A stretch of 64,000 nt of DNA from Gammaproteobacteria bacterium (GTDB lineage: Bacteria > Pseudomonadota > Gammaproteobacteria > DSM-16500): contig JABDGK010000003.1 in assembly GCA_013286085.1 (NCBI GenBank), forward strand, positions 19,115 through 83,114, in the 5' to 3' direction. The notes under the pieces were generated by a model that saw only the letters and a program-made list of their open reading frames with translations, searched no databases and had not been told where the DNA came from. Positions 7,754 through 19,937 of the stretch are shown here, piece by piece; within the stretch, counting starts at the first letter, position 1, and every line of letters begins with the position of its first letter. A program made the translations under genes and the position numbers.

Positions 7754-9772
7754 ATGACCACCCAGAACCCATTTATTCATTCCTCAGCAAAAATGCCCGA
7801 AATTACCTTGAGAGGTTTAATCTTAGCGCTATTTTTAATTGTCACACTAACAGCTGCAAATGCCTATTTAGGTTTAAAACTGGGAACAACAATTTCTGCA
7901 TCAATCCCTGCTGCAATTGCTGCAATGGGTATCCTGGGTTTATTTAAAAATTCAAATGTACTCGAAAATAATATCGTACAAACGGCCGCATCAGCAGGTG
8001 AGTCGGTTATTTCAGGTGTCGCTTTCATTTTACCGGCAATGCTGATAACGCACTGTTGGACGCAGTTTAATTATTGGGAAACTGTTTATATCTGCATGAT
8101 TGGTGGCATCATCGGGGTAATTGTTTCCATTCCATTGCGACGTATTTTACTGACCGATACACATTTACGATTTCCCGAAGCCACTGCTATTGGGCATGTG
8201 TTAATTGCAGGATCAAGTGAAAAATCAGGCTTAAAATATTTAGTGGGCGGTGCATTAGTCGGTGGTTTAATTAGTCTTGCACAAGCTGGATTTAAAATCT
8301 TTAAAGACACAATCATGCTTTGGTATGGCACATCACAACAAGTTGTTTACGGTTGTGCGATTGGATTTGATCCCGCATTATTGGCCGCAGGCTATATTGT
8401 TGGCGAGAGTGTTGCTGTTAGCACATTGGTAGGTGTCATCATCGGCTGGGGAGTCGGTATTCCTTTGTTGAGTCATTTGCATCATGGTGAAGCTCTCGGC
8501 AGTACACCGACTGATATTGCTTACACGTTATGGAATCATTATATACGCTATATTGGTCTTGGTACCATGCTAGTGGGTGGACTTTGGATCTTATTAAATT
8601 TATTTAAGCCGCTTTGGCATGCTTGCAAGGCATCAATTGACTCGTTAAAAACATTTCGACAAGCGGGTAAGCATCAAATCGATCGTCTTGAGCAAGATAT
8701 CCCATTGCATTTCTCTGCATTATGCATGCTGTTAGTTTCCATTCCGTTATGTTTTTTAATTTTTCATTATGCGAATGCGCCTCAATTAGGGCTTTCGTTG
8801 TCATTAAAAATAGTAACCATGGTTGTTGTGACGTTATTTGTATTGATTGTTGGTTTTATTTTATCAGCATTGAGTGGTTATTTTTCCGGATTAATTGGTT
8901 ATACCAATAGCCCAGGATCAGCATTGATTTTAATTTCAGTGATTATGATAGCTTTTATCACACTGGCATTGTTCGGCTTAGAAATTCATTTTAATTCACA
9001 ACAAGTTCTCTATGCAGAAGCTTTTGTTATTCTTGTGGCATGCATTATTGCCACACTGAACTCACTGACCGGTGAAACGATTCAAGATTTAAAAGTCGGT
9101 CAAATTGTGGGGACAACACCTTGGAAACAACAGGTCATGTTGATCTTGGGTGTGATCGTGTCGTCTTTTATTATTCCTTGGATTTTTCAATTGTTATTTG
9201 ATGCGTATGGCATGGGTGGTGTTTTTCCACGGCCCGGTATGAATCCATCCGAAATGCTTTCTGCACCTCAAGCAGCGTTAGCGAGTGCCTTAGTGCAGGC
9301 AACTTTTAATCATCAATTACCTTGGGACATGATGACGATTGGCGGTGTGATTGCTGTTGTCGGTCTTATCATCGATCATAAATTGCGAGAAAGAAATATG
9401 AGCTTGCCCGTGCTCGCTATTGGTTTAGGAATTTATTTGCCTGTTGAAGTGAGCGCGCCCATGATTTTAGGTGGCTTAATGCATTTAGTCATTGGAAAAA
9501 TCGCACAATCAAAAATAAGTGATGTAACTCTATTGAAAGAACGTAAGCAACGCGGTTTAATTTTGGCGTGTGGCATAGTCGCAGGCGCTGCCTTAATGGG
9601 TGTGTTACTTGCGATTCCATTCACGATTTCACACTCAACGGAAATATTAAAACTGGTGGGTGATAACTTCGATTTTTACGCGAGCCTTTTGAGTTTTGTT
9701 TCGCTTTTTGGATTGATGTTTTGGTTTTATTGGGTGGTTGCGGGTGGCATAAAACTTCTAATAAAAGCTTAA
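7754..9772 (+). CDS. OPT-family oligopeptide transporter
   Basis: EITLR, ANAYLGLKLG, LENNIVQTAASAGE, QDLKVGQIVGTTPWKQQ, APQA motifs. Confidence 0.92.
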   Translation: MTTQNPFIHSSAKMPEITLRGLILALFLIVTLTAANAYLGLKLGTTISASIPAAIAAMGILGLFKNSNVLENNIVQTAASAGESVISGVAFILPAMLITHCWTQFNYWETVYICMIGGIIGVIVSIPLRRILLTDTHLRFPEATAIGHVLIAGSSEKSGLKYLVGGALVGGLISLAQAGFKIFKDTIMLWYGTSQQVVYGCAIGFDPALLAAGYIVGESVAVSTLVGVIIGWGVGIPLLSHLHHGEALGSTPTDIAYTLWNHYIRYIGLGTMLVGGLWILLNLFKPLWHACKASIDSLKTFRQAGKHQIDRLEQDIPLHFSALCMLLVSIPLCFLIFHYANAPQLGLSLSLKIVTMVVVTLFVLIVGFILSALSGYFSGLIGYTNSPGSALILISVIMIAFITLALFGLEIHFNSQQVLYAEAFVILVACIIATLNSLTGETIQDLKVGQIVGTTPWKQQVMLILGVIVSSFIIPWIFQLLFDAYGMGGVFPRPGMNPSEMLSAPQAALASALVQATFNHQLPWDMMTIGGVIAVVGLIIDHKLRERNMSLPVLAIGLGIYLPVEVSAPMILGGLMHLVIGKIAQSKISDVTLLKERKQRGLILACGIVAGAALMGVLLAIPFTISHSTEILKLVGDNFDFYASLLSFVSLFGLMFWFYWVVAGGIKLLIKA

Positions 9773-9822
9773 TAATATAGATATCGTATAGTAAGAAGAT
9801 TAAGTTCAGATTAAATATCAAA

Positions 9823-9889
9823 CATCCCTGGCGCGTCGTCCACAGGACTTCTGAGTATAACTGAGCTATCACGGCGCGCGATCCGGGAT
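9823..9889 (+). repeat. REP-like hairpin with a 31-nt CCAC-initiated loop
   Basis: catccctg-gcgcgtcgt-[31 nt starting ccac]-acggcgcgc-gatccgggat. Confidence 0.7.
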
Positions 9890-10178
9890 AGCGGCATTGA
9901 GAAGACCACATTCGGGTTTTCTTTATCCGAGGCTTTTGAGAAGTGACATTAATAAATCCCATCTTTTTGATTTATATAAAAAACCACTTACACGGCTTTG
10001 TCGCGGCGTTGTTGCATAAGTCGTGCCCCCATCCGCGTTTTTTTGTGGGGAGGATAATTTGATTGATGCAACAGCCTCTCTATCCACAAGTTTCTGTTGT
10101 TTTCATATCTTAATCCCGTAAAATCTGTTACAATTCTGCACAATTTTGCAAAAAAATAACCATGAAATAGGAATAATC

Positions 10179-10415
10179 ATGCAAACAGGCACAGTCAAAC
10201 GATTCAATAAAATTAAAGGCTATGGCTTTATCGCCCCTGATACAGGTGAGGGTGAAGTATTTGTGCATTTTTCAGAATTGCGCATTGTCGGCTACAAAGA
10301 ATTAAAAGAAGGCCAACGTGTCAGTTATACACTTGCAACCGGGGAGCGAGGCGAATACGCAACAGCCGTGCAGCTTTTAGATGCCAATATACTCACTGCA
10401 CGAGGCGTCGGTTAA
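10179..10415 (+). CDS. Cold-shock protein (CspA family)
   Basis: RNP1 KGYGFI and RNP2 VFVHF; ATG at 10179 preferred over the ORF-track start. Confidence 0.92.
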   Translation: MQTGTVKRFNKIKGYGFIAPDTGEGEVFVHFSELRIVGYKELKEGQRVSYTLATGERGEYATAVQLLDANILTARGVG

Positions 10416-12022
10416 TGTTAGATATTCGCGGCATCACCATGGAGTACGGGCAAAAATCCTTATTTGAGGATGTGAATTTAATTTTATTGCCTACTCAACG
10501 TTATGGTGTTGTTGGCGCAAATGGCACAGGTAAGTCAACTTTTTTAAAAATTTTAGCGGGCGAAGAACAATCTAGTCACGGAACAGTCGAGAAAGCGAAA
10601 AGCATTAGTTTAGGAATTTTAAAACAAGATCATTTCCGTTATGAAGAAAATCGCCTCATTGATGTCGTGATTCGCGGTAATACAATACTGTGGGATGCGC
10701 TGGTAGAAAAAGAAAAATTATTCACGAAAGAGGATTTTACCGAAGCGGATGGTTATCGTCTCAGCGAATTGGAAGAAATCATCATGCATCAAGGTGGCTA
10801 TGAAGCAGAAGCTGATGCGAAAAATTTATTATTAGGTCTCGGTATCGTTGAAAAATATCATGATGGCCCTCTCAGCGCTTTATCAGGTGGTTACAAATTA
10901 CGGGTCTTGTTAGCGCAAGTTCTCTATCAAAAACCGGATATCATGTTATTAGATGAGCCGACTAACCACTTAGATATTGTTTCCATCGCATGGCTTGAAG
11001 TTTTTTTAAAAACCACTTTTAAAGGTTTGTTAATTTATATTTCACACGATAGAGGATTTTTGAATAACCTATCGACTAATATTCTCGATATCGATTATGG
11101 CACCGTGTTAGATTATCCAGGCAACTACGAAAAATTTTGTGTCACGAAAGAAGAAAGACTGCGCCTAAAACAAAGCGAATTAAAAAACCAAGAAAAGAAA
11201 ATTGAAGCCTTACAAGGTTTCGTCGATCGTTTTGGTGCAAAAGCCAGTAAGGCAAGCCAAGCCGCTTCAAGACAAAAAATGATTGATCGAATTGAATTGG
11301 TAGAAATTAAAGATTCCAATATTTTTAAGCCCTATTTCCATTTTGTACCGAAAAGACCGTCTGGTAAATCTGTCGTTAAAGTCGAAAATTTACATAAAAA
11401 ATTCGATGAAAGAGTATTATTAAACGATGTCACATTTAACATTCATCGTGGTGATAAATGTGCGGTGATTGGCCCCAATGGCATTGGTAAATCAACGCTA
11501 CTGAAAATTTTATTAAATGAACTGGAAGCAGATCAAGGCAGTTTTGAATGGAGTGATACGGTGCAAGTTGGGTATTTTGCACAAGACTATCGAACGCAAT
11601 TATTGCCCGAGCAAACGATTTGGCAATGGATGCAAGATAATATTGTCGCACCCGATCAAGATATCCGTAAAACGTTGGGCCAAATGTTGTTCCGTGGTGA
11701 TGATGTTCATAAAAAAATAGCGATGCTAAGCGGCGGAGAATCTGCGCGTGTGGTCATGGCTAAATTAATTTTACAAAAAAATAATGTCTTAATTCTCGAT
11801 GAGCCAACCAATCACTTAGATCTTGAATCTATTGATGCATTAGTAGAAGCATTGCAAAAATTTCCTGGCGCGGTATTATTTGTTAGCCATAACCGTTATT
11901 TCATTGATCATATTTCAACGCGTGTGCTAGCTGTCACAGAACAATACGGTGTGCAGAATTATCTAGGTAATTATCACGATTATCTTGACCAATTCGGTAA
12001 AGATTACCTAGCAACAGCTTAA
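10415..12022 (+). CDS. ABC-F family ATPase (YbiT-like)
   Basis: Two ABC domains (GANGTGKS, GPNGIGKS, LSGG, DEPTNHLD x2), no TM segments. Confidence 0.93.
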   Translation: MLDIRGITMEYGQKSLFEDVNLILLPTQRYGVVGANGTGKSTFLKILAGEEQSSHGTVEKAKSISLGILKQDHFRYEENRLIDVVIRGNTILWDALVEKEKLFTKEDFTEADGYRLSELEEIIMHQGGYEAEADAKNLLLGLGIVEKYHDGPLSALSGGYKLRVLLAQVLYQKPDIMLLDEPTNHLDIVSIAWLEVFLKTTFKGLLIYISHDRGFLNNLSTNILDIDYGTVLDYPGNYEKFCVTKEERLRLKQSELKNQEKKIEALQGFVDRFGAKASKASQAASRQKMIDRIELVEIKDSNIFKPYFHFVPKRPSGKSVVKVENLHKKFDERVLLNDVTFNIHRGDKCAVIGPNGIGKSTLLKILLNELEADQGSFEWSDTVQVGYFAQDYRTQLLPEQTIWQWMQDNIVAPDQDIRKTLGQMLFRGDDVHKKIAMLSGGESARVVMAKLILQKNNVLILDEPTNHLDLESIDALVEALQKFPGAVLFVSHNRYFIDHISTRVLAVTEQYGVQNYLGNYHDYLDQFGKDYLATA

Positions 12023-12028
12023 AAAAGC

Positions 12029-12367
12029 TACCGAGCCGCGCGCGTCAGCACATACCTTTATACACAAGTTAAAGAAGAACTGTCACCCCGCAAAAATTTC
12101 GTCCACAATAAGATTGAGAAAAATGCTGTTTCACGAAATTTTGTGCGGGGCCTGGTGAATAACCTTGGGGTGGAGCGTCTTTTTTTCAAAATTTGCACCG
12201 GGCCCCGCACAAAAACGCGAATTGGATTTTGTTTCCTTTTCACAAAAAGTGGCGCGTTTTTTGCGGGGTGACAGTTCTTCTTTAACTTGTGTATAAAGGT
12301 ATGCGCGTCAGCAAGCGTCACTGGACTGAACGTCTTGTGACGCTTGCTGACGCACGCGGCTCGGTAA
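12029..12367. repeat. REP doublet (gagccgcgcgcgtcagcaagcg family) interrupted by a MITE
   Basis: Removing 12051-12313 restores a doublet homologous to 44955-45027. Confidence 0.9.
12051..12303. mobile_element. MITE-like element 1 (253 bp) with four-arm core
   Basis: Perfect 46-bp IR catacctttatacacaagttaaagaagaactgtcaccccgcaaaaa; 10-bp TSD cgcgtcagca at 12041-12050 and 12304-12313. Confidence 0.92.
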
Positions 12368-12391
12368 CAGCGACAAAAGTTGATTAATGTA

Positions 12392-12829
12392 TTAAAGCTT
12401 AGGATGTTGATGTATATCAGAAACATAAAGCAACAGCGTATGCCCATTCACAGCATAACCACCGCCATAACAGCCCAACCCAGAAATAGTAATCTTAGGA
12501 TCCCCAGGCGCTAAAAACTCGACTTTATACGCACAATCTTGTTTCCCTGTGAAAACAATACTAAAAACATCATTAGCACCAAGATGAGGGTAAACAACAC
12601 CGTAAGTTGCACTCATTTGATGCGCTGGGAGTAATGTTTTATTTTCTAATGTAGGAGCAAGAGACGCTTCACCTGCATCCAGTTGGAAACTAATACCGAC
12701 ATTTTGAGCAGTACGATTCTCCATTTGTACAAAAAAATGCGGAGTCGGGTCAGCCACCCCAAGAAAAGGTGTTGCCTGTACTGCTGTTGCAACCAATGCA
12801 CTACTTAAAAGCATTATTTTTTTAAACAT
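12392..12829 (-). CDS. Secreted hypothetical protein
   Basis: Signal peptide ending VQA; beta-rich; Cys pair. Confidence 0.75.
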   Translation of the reverse strand: MFKKIMLLSSALVATAVQATPFLGVADPTPHFFVQMENRTAQNVGISFQLDAGEASLAPTLENKTLLPAHQMSATYGVVYPHLGANDVFSIVFTGKQDCAYKVEFLAPGDPKITISGLGCYGGGYAVNGHTLLLYVSDIHQHPKL

Positions 12830-13027
12830 AAACTATCCATCCTTTGATCAAATAATAAGAAAATCGCCTAGATCTTAGCGGATTTTTTTGAATTTATAAA
12901 TAATAACGAAATACTTGCTATTCTTTTTAAGAGCACGCAAAATACCGCTGCTTTGAATTATTAGAGTGACAATGGTTACAATTTATAATAATTCATAATA
13001 AATCAAACAGTTAAGTATGCTTCACCA

Positions 13028-13113
<86 letters not shown>

Positions 13114-13325
13114 TTCTTTTTATAATCAACAGTTTCATTAATAGGCATTATTCATTATAATGTCGCGCAAAGGGACATCCTCTGGGGAAGCCCCTTATTT
13201 TTTTGTGATGAAAATTTCCTGATACCGGCTTTCCATATCATATGAAAAGCGGGCTGGACTTAAGAAAAAGCATATCCATGCGATATGCTTCATGGAATAC
13301 ACATTGGGTCATTATTGAGGTTATT

Positions 13326-14621
13326 ATGCAAGTATCAGTTGAGTCACCAACGAAGCTCCAGCGACGTCTTACCGTCACAGTTCCTGTAGAACAAATGGAT
13401 GCGGCGTTTAATAAGCGTCTTACACAGTTAGCTAAAACAGCAAAAGTCAAAGGCTTCCGCCCCGGCAATGTTCCTATGACCCATATTAAACAGCTTTATG
13501 GTGATGCAGCTCGCCAAGAAGCATTGAGTGAAGTGATCCAATCCTCATTATATGCGGCGATTACCCAAGAAAAATTGAATCTCGTTGGTGTTCCAACCGT
13601 CGAACCCAAGAATATTACACCAGGCCAATCAATCGAATATATTGCTACCTTTGAAGTATTGCCTGAAATTGAGGGTGTTAAATTTGCAGCGAAAGACATT
13701 GAAAAACAAGTAGCCACTATTTCAGATACAGACGTTGATAAAGTCATTGATCGATTAATCGAGCAATATATTACTTGGAAAGAAGTATCACGCCCAGCTC
13801 AAGAAAAAGACCAAGTGGTGATTGATTTCCGTGGCTCGATTGACGGCAAAGTCTTCCCAGGTGGTGAAGCACATGATTATCCTATCATAATCGGCAGCAA
13901 AACCATGATTCCAGGTTTTGAAGATGGCGTAATTGGCATGAAAGCAGGTGACGAAAAAACAATTAACGTTACCTTCCCATCTGATTATTTTGCCAAAGAA
14001 TTTGCGGGTAAAGTGGCTGAATTTGTTATCCAAGCTCGTAAAGTCTCTGAGCCACAATTACCCACTATTGATGAAGAGTTAATTAAAAAGTTTGGTATTA
14101 AAAGTGGAAAAATGGATGAATTACGTGCCGAAATTAAAAAGAACTTAGATCGTGAAGTAGAGCGCGTTATCAAAGCGAAATTAAAAGCAAAAATCTTTGA
14201 TTTATTGATTGACCAAAATCAATTTGACGTTCCAAAAGCATTAATTGAGCAAGAAGCAAAGCGCATCCATGATGAAATGCATCCACATCATGCAGGTCAA
14301 GATCATGGCCATAGCGAGCAAGAAATGTCAGGCTTTAATGACGCAGCTAAGCGTAATGTTGCTTTAGGCTTAATTATGGGGGCATTTATCAAGCAACATG
14401 ATGTCAAGCCTGACAAAGAGCGCGTTCAAGATCATATCGCAACGCTATCAGCCTCTTATGAGAATCCAGCTGAAGTGGTGAAATGGTATTCTAGTGATAA
14501 GCGTCGTATGGCTGAAGTCGAAATGCTCATCTTAGAAGATCAAGTCACTGATAAGTTGCTCGAAGGTGTTTCCATTAAAGAAAAGACCATGGGTTATGCT
14601 GAATTGATAAAGAATCAATAA
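13326..14621 (+). CDS. tig: Trigger factor
   Basis: GFRPG ribosome-binding motif, FKBP domain MIPGFE; start MQVSVE with GAGG RBS. Confidence 0.97.
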   Translation: MQVSVESPTKLQRRLTVTVPVEQMDAAFNKRLTQLAKTAKVKGFRPGNVPMTHIKQLYGDAARQEALSEVIQSSLYAAITQEKLNLVGVPTVEPKNITPGQSIEYIATFEVLPEIEGVKFAAKDIEKQVATISDTDVDKVIDRLIEQYITWKEVSRPAQEKDQVVIDFRGSIDGKVFPGGEAHDYPIIIGSKTMIPGFEDGVIGMKAGDEKTINVTFPSDYFAKEFAGKVAEFVIQARKVSEPQLPTIDEELIKKFGIKSGKMDELRAEIKKNLDREVERVIKAKLKAKIFDLLIDQNQFDVPKALIEQEAKRIHDEMHPHHAGQDHGHSEQEMSGFNDAAKRNVALGLIMGAFIKQHDVKPDKERVQDHIATLSASYENPAEVVKWYSSDKRRMAEVEMLILEDQVTDKLLEGVSIKEKTMGYAELIKNQ

Positions 14622-14832
14622 GCGGTGGGAGTGGCATCTACATAAAATTGGCGCGTACCCGCTCATTTCGTGCTTTTTTGCGAAATGAGTAAACGTGCTA
14701 TTAACGAGTTATCTTTATTCGTTAATTTATAGTATGACTTTGTTTTATAATGGATTACTATTATAGTTAATAGGATTGAATTGCCGATTGGCAAGGATGA
14801 GTGGGTTAAAACAACAGAGAGGGAAAGCGTAA

Positions 14833-15489
14833 ATGAGCTACGATCAATATAGTAACATTGTGAATTCCAATCTTGTGCCAATTGTTGTAGAGCAGACGGC
14901 AAGAGGGGAGCGTTCTTATGATATTTATTCACGCTTGCTCAAGGACCGCGTTATTTTCATTGTCGGCCCTATCGATGACTATGTAGCGAATGTAGTAGTA
15001 GCGCAATTACTGTTTTTAGAGTCAGAAAATCCAGACAAGGATATTTCAATTTATATTAACTCACCCGGTGGTGTCGTGACCGCGGGTTTGGCAATTTATG
15101 ATACAATGCAATTCATCAAACCCGATGTGAGCACGATGTGCATCGGTCAAGCCGCCAGTATGGGAGCGTTTTTATTAGCTGGTGGCGCAAAAGGCAAAAG
15201 ATTCTGTTTGCCAAATATTCGTGTGATGATTCACCAACCGTTAGGTGGTGTGCAAGGTCAGGCTTCTGATATTGCAATTCATGCGGAGGAAACATTAAAA
15301 ATCCGTGCTCGTCTTAACAAGTTACTATCTCACCATACAGGGCAACCTGAGGAGGTAATTGCGAAGGATACAGACAGAGATAATTTCATGAGCGCTGAGC
15401 GTGCCATGGAATACGGCATTGTTGATAAAATACTAGGACACCGAAAAACGAGTCATAGTCATAATGAAAAGCATGAGAAAGGTTCTTGA
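14833..15489 (+). CDS. clpP: ClpP protease subunit
   Basis: [23 protein letters not shown]. Confidence 0.98.
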   Translation: MSYDQYSNIVNSNLVPIVVEQTARGERSYDIYSRLLKDRVIFIVGPIDDYVANVVVAQLLFLESENPDKDISIYINSPGGVVTAGLAIYDTMQFIKPDVSTMCIGQAASMGAFLLAGGAKGKRFCLPNIRVMIHQPLGGVQGQASDIAIHAEETLKIRARLNKLLSHHTGQPEEVIAKDTDRDNFMSAERAMEYGIVDKILGHRKTSHSHNEKHEKGS

Positions 15490-15546
15490 TTTTAAGAGAT
15501 GTGACCATATCTTAATTATGAATCGACACTTAAAGAGAGGTTACGC

Positions 15547-16851
15547 ATGAGTTCAGACCAACGAGGTAATGGGGGAAAAGATAGGGTGCTACATTGCTCG
15601 TTTTGTAGTAAAAGCCAACATGAGGTTCGAAAACTTATCGCTGGGCCTTCGGTCTATGTGTGTGATGAATGCGTCTCACTGTGTAATGAAATTATTAATG
15701 AACAAAGCCACGACCCTAAATCGCCAGGAGAAGGGTTACCTAAATTACCTATTCCTGTCGAAATTCGTCGTACGCTAGATGAATACGTGGTAGGGCAGTC
15801 CTACGCGAAAAAAACCCTAGCCGTGGCCGTTTATAACCACTATAAACGTCTTAACTGCAAAGCCAAAGCAGATGATATTGAACTGAATAAAAGTAATATT
15901 TTGCTTATTGGCCCAACAGGTAGTGGTAAGACACTGCTTGCTGAAACGTTAGCGCGATTATTGAATGTCCCGTTTGCTATAGCAGATGCAACTACCTTAA
16001 CCGAAGCAGGTTATGTCGGTGAAGACGTTGAAAACATTATTCAAAAGCTGCTACAAAAATGTGACTATGATGTCGCTAAAGCGCAAACCGGTATTGTTTA
16101 CATTGATGAAATCGATAAAATTTCACGTAAATCTGAAAACCCTTCCATTACTCGCGATGTTTCGGGTGAGGGCGTTCAGCAAGCACTTCTCAAGCTCATC
16201 GAAGGCACTGTTGCTTCCGTACCTCCGCAAGGTGGTCGTAAGCATCCACAACAAGAGTTTATCCAGGTGGATACACGCAATATACTCTTTATTTGCGGTG
16301 GTGCGTTTGCGGGCCTCGAAAAATCCATCCGTGACCGCGCTGAAAAACCAGGTATTGGTTTCTCAGCTGAAATTCACGGTAAAGGCGAAGCAAAAACCGT
16401 GGATCAACTGTTCCGTGAAGTTGAGCCAGGTGATTTAATCAAATATGGTTTAATACCCGAGTTGATTGGTCGTCTCCCTGTTTTAACAACACTTGAAGAG
16501 CTAGATAAAAAAGCGCTAATTAAAATTTTAACAGAACCTAAAAACGCGTTAATTAAGCAGTATCGTAAGCTTTTTGAGATGGAAAATGTAGAATTAGAGT
16601 TCTCTGAACAAGCTCTAGATAAGATCGCTGAATCGTGTGTAGAGAAAAAGACAGGTGCTCGTGGTCTACGTTCTATCTTAGAAAAAGTCCTCTTAGATGT
16701 TATGTATGAACTTCCCTCACAAGAAAATGTTTTAAAGGTTGTCATTGATGAAGCAACGGTTAAAGGTGAAGCTAAACCGACCATCATCTATGGTGCCAAA
16801 AAAGAAATAGAAACCGTTTCTCACGAACAACCTTTACTCGCAGCTGAGTAA
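15547..16851 (+). CDS. clpX: ClpX ATPase
   Basis: Zn finger [27 protein letters not shown] loop. Confidence 0.98.
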   Translation: MSSDQRGNGGKDRVLHCSFCSKSQHEVRKLIAGPSVYVCDECVSLCNEIINEQSHDPKSPGEGLPKLPIPVEIRRTLDEYVVGQSYAKKTLAVAVYNHYKRLNCKAKADDIELNKSNILLIGPTGSGKTLLAETLARLLNVPFAIADATTLTEAGYVGEDVENIIQKLLQKCDYDVAKAQTGIVYIDEIDKISRKSENPSITRDVSGEGVQQALLKLIEGTVASVPPQGGRKHPQQEFIQVDTRNILFICGGAFAGLEKSIRDRAEKPGIGFSAEIHGKGEAKTVDQLFREVEPGDLIKYGLIPELIGRLPVLTTLEELDKKALIKILTEPKNALIKQYRKLFEMENVELEFSEQALDKIAESCVEKKTGARGLRSILEKVLLDVMYELPSQENVLKVVIDEATVKGEAKPTIIYGAKKEIETVSHEQPLLAAE

Positions 16852-16968
16852 AGGTTGGTTTTTGGTAGCGAACGCTATTTTAAAGAGAGAATACATTTTC
16901 TAACTACTATTAATAAACACTTATTCACAGTTATCATCATTCAATGATGTTATTTCTGAGGACACTAT

Positions 16969-19389
16969 ATGCCGTCAAACAAAAATGACAGAAATCTCTT
17001 AGGGATCCCTGTATTACCTTTAAGAGACGTTGTTGTTTACCCATTCATGGTTATCCCTTTATTTGTGGGACGTGATCGTTCGATTAAAGCATTAGAAGTA
17101 GCGATGGCTGCCGATAAACAAATTTTATTAACGACACAAAAAAGCGCTTCCGAAGATCAACCAACCGAAGATGATTTATTTCAGATCGGTACATTAGCGA
17201 CCGTGTTGCAGCTATTAAAACTACCCGATGGCACAGTAAAAGTTCTCATTGAAGGGGTCCGACGTGCAAAGGTGGCTCGTTTCATCAGTAATGAAACCTA
17301 TTTTTTAGCGGATGTTGAGTTAATTTCGGATGTTAATACCTCGTCACGCGATATTGAAATTTTAACACGCTCATTAAAATCACAGTTTGAGCAATACGTA
17401 AAATTAAATAGAAAAATTCCAACCGAAATTTTAGCCTCTGTTGTTGCTATTGAGGATGGTGGGCGTCTTGCCGATACTATTGCTGCACATTTAGGACTAA
17501 AAATAGAAGAAAAACAAAAACTTCTCGAAATTATCGATCTTGTGAAGCGTCTCGAAAAACTGGTCGGCATTATGGAATCAGAAATTGATTTACTGCAAGT
17601 TGAAAAACGTATTCGTGGTCGTGTGAAACGACAAATGGAAAAAACCCAACGCGAATATTATTTGAATGAGCAAATGAAAGCGATTCAAAAAGAACTTGGC
17701 GAACTCGAAGAAGTCCCTAATGAGCTTGAGTCCCTCGCGAAAAAAATCGAAAAAATCGGCATGTCAAAAGAAGCCAAAGAAAAATGCGTTGCCGAATTAA
17801 ATAAATTAAAAATGATGTCGCCCATGTCTGCGGAAGCCACGGTGTCACGCAACTATTTAGATTGGATGCTATCATTACCTTGGAATAAAAAAACCAAATT
17901 ACGCGCCAGCTTAGCAGAAGCTGAAAAAATTCTTGAAGCAGAGCATTATGGTCTTAAAGAAGTGAAAGAGCGTATTCTTGAATATCTTGCTGTGCAAAAA
18001 CGCGTTAAAAAACTCAAAGGCCCCATTCTATGTTTAGTGGGTCCCCCAGGCGTTGGTAAAACATCGTTAGGTGAATCGATTGCCAATGCAACAGGACGAA
18101 AATTCGTTCGCATGTCGCTGGGTGGCGTACGTGATGAAGCTGAAATTAGAGGCCATCGACGTACTTATATTGGCGCGATGCCAGGAAAAATTGTTCAAAA
18201 AATTTCCAAGACAGATGCCAATAATCCATTTTTCTTATTAGATGAAATTGACAAAATGTCGATGGATTTTCGCGGTGATCCGGCGTCAGCATTACTTGAA
18301 GTATTGGATCCAGAACAAAATAACTCTTTCAACGATCATTATTTAGAAGTGGATTATGATCTTTCTGATGTCATGTTTGTGGCAACAGCAAACACATTAG
18401 AAATCCCACCCGCACTGCGTGATCGCATGGAAGTTATTCGCATTCCAGGTTACACAGAAGACGAAAAAATTAATATCGCAACACGTCATTTAATTCCAAA
18501 GCAAATGACAAATAATGGCTTGAAAGCATCAGAAGTCAAAGTATCTGCCACAACTGTACAACATATTGTGCGCTACTATACACGGGAAGCTGGTGTGCGA
18601 AATCTTGAGCGTGAGATATCAAAAATTTTCCGCAAAATTGTGAAAGAAATCCTGCTGAAAAAACGCGGTAAAAAAATCTCTGTTGATCCAGTGGACTTGG
18701 AGAAATATCTCGGCGTGAAGCGTTTCCGTTACGATGTTGCTGCTGAAAAAGATCAAATCGGTCAAGTGAAAGGATTGGCATGGACAGAAGTGGGCGGTGA
18801 ATTACTGGAAATCGAAGCGGTTACCTTACCAGGTAAAGGTAAGACTACCTACACCGGTCAGTTGGGTGAAGTCATGCAAGAATCCATTCAGGCTGCGATG
18901 ACAGTGGTTCGTTCACGTGCATCTCGCTTGGGAATTCCAAAAAATTTCTTCGAGAAACATGATATTCATATTCACGTTCCAGAAGGTGCAACACCAAAAG
19001 ATGGTCCGAGTGCCGGCATTAGTATGTGCACGGCTTTGGTATCTGTTTTAACAAATATTCCAATACGTGCAGACTATGCAATGACTGGTGAGATCACTTT
19101 GCGTGGCGAAGTGCTACCTGTTGGGGGTATTAAAGAAAAACTGCTTGCAGCGCATCGTGGTGGCATTAAGAATGTTCTTATCCCGTCAGAAAACATTAAA
19201 GACCTGAAAGACATTCCTGATAACATCAAAAAAGATTTAAATATCAAACCAGTACGTTGGATTGATGAAGTGTTAGCTTATGCACTGAAAGATTACCCAC
19301 TGCGTCCAATGGTAAAAAGCAAAAAAGTAAAACCCATTGTTAACAGTCCACGTAAAGTTCGTAAAACAGTACGCGACAGAGCACACTAG
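16969..19389 (+). CDS. lon: Lon protease
   Basis: [24 protein letters not shown]. Confidence 0.98.
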   Translation: MPSNKNDRNLLGIPVLPLRDVVVYPFMVIPLFVGRDRSIKALEVAMAADKQILLTTQKSASEDQPTEDDLFQIGTLATVLQLLKLPDGTVKVLIEGVRRAKVARFISNETYFLADVELISDVNTSSRDIEILTRSLKSQFEQYVKLNRKIPTEILASVVAIEDGGRLADTIAAHLGLKIEEKQKLLEIIDLVKRLEKLVGIMESEIDLLQVEKRIRGRVKRQMEKTQREYYLNEQMKAIQKELGELEEVPNELESLAKKIEKIGMSKEAKEKCVAELNKLKMMSPMSAEATVSRNYLDWMLSLPWNKKTKLRASLAEAEKILEAEHYGLKEVKERILEYLAVQKRVKKLKGPILCLVGPPGVGKTSLGESIANATGRKFVRMSLGGVRDEAEIRGHRRTYIGAMPGKIVQKISKTDANNPFFLLDEIDKMSMDFRGDPASALLEVLDPEQNNSFNDHYLEVDYDLSDVMFVATANTLEIPPALRDRMEVIRIPGYTEDEKINIATRHLIPKQMTNNGLKASEVKVSATTVQHIVRYYTREAGVRNLEREISKIFRKIVKEILLKKRGKKISVDPVDLEKYLGVKRFRYDVAAEKDQIGQVKGLAWTEVGGELLEIEAVTLPGKGKTTYTGQLGEVMQESIQAAMTVVRSRASRLGIPKNFFEKHDIHIHVPEGATPKDGPSAGISMCTALVSVLTNIPIRADYAMTGEITLRGEVLPVGGIKEKLLAAHRGGIKNVLIPSENIKDLKDIPDNIKKDLNIKPVRWIDEVLAYALKDYPLRPMVKSKKVKPIVNSPRKVRKTVRDRAH

Positions 19390-19397
19390 CTGTATAC

Positions 19398-19484
19398 GTA
19401 GCCCGTATGTAGCGAAGCGTAATACGGGATTGGCCTACTACTACCCTACCAATCCCGTATTACGCTTCGCTACATACGGGCTAC
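19398..19484. repeat. REP doublet, GTAGCCCGTATG family
   Basis: gtagcccgtatgtagcgaagcgtaatacgggattgg and its inverse; related copies at 43910 and 50604. Confidence 0.92.
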
Positions 19485-19652
19485 TTTGCTCAATGGACAT
19501 GCTACGTTACTGACTAACCTTCACAACTTCACTTGACACCAGTTTAGCGCAATTGGTAATCTGAGCCGCAACCGTGAGGAAGCGTTCGTTGCCAGTGATG
19601 CTTGCTGACAAATGTGTAAACTTTTTCAACTTATGGATAGAGAAGAGGATTT

Positions 19653-19937
19653 ATGAATAGAGCGGAACTTATTGAGCTTATTGCAGATAAAGCTGAACTA
19701 ACAAAAGCAGCAGCAGCTCGTGCATTGGATGCGTTATTGGATGGTGTGGCGGTATCTTTGCGTAAAGGCGATCCCGTGGTACTGGTTAATTTCGGTACAT
19801 TTGTTGTTAAGCAACGTGCAGCACGTGAAGGACGTAATCCACAAACAGGTCAAAAAATTGATATCAAAGCAGCTAAAATCGTCGGTTTCAAAGCTGGAAA
19901 AGCATTGAAGGATGCTGTCAAGGATAAAGACCGCTGA
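19653..19937 (+). CDS. hupB: HU DNA-binding protein
   Basis: [27 protein letters not shown]; position after lon. Confidence 0.95.
   Translation: MNRAELIELIADKAELTKAAAARALDALLDGVAVSLRKGDPVVLVNFGTFVVKQRAAREGRNPQTGQKIDIKAAKIVGFKAGKALKDAVKDKDR

Noticed and set aside
10080-10088. DnaA-box-like CTATCCACA suggesting an origin
   Set aside because: Single mismatched box with no cluster or origin-type gene context
12051-12303. CRISPR array interpretation of the 30-34-nt variable loops
   Set aside because: Flanks are inverted rather than tandem direct repeats, there are at most two units per locus, and no cas genes are present
12058-12447. 129-aa ORF across MITE 1
   Set aside because: It is a translation of palindromic repeat DNA with no transposase motifs
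13242-13325. N-terminal extensions in the ORF track (tig; also csp, pagL, lemA, tdh, Gfo, sdhE)
   Set aside because: Downstream starts fit the family N-termini and RBS better; the tdh and Gfo extensions come from REP sequence
15485-15510. Sigma-32 promoter before clpX (CTTGAT..GACCATAT)
   Set aside because: Plausible, but spacing is short and the -10 is degenerate
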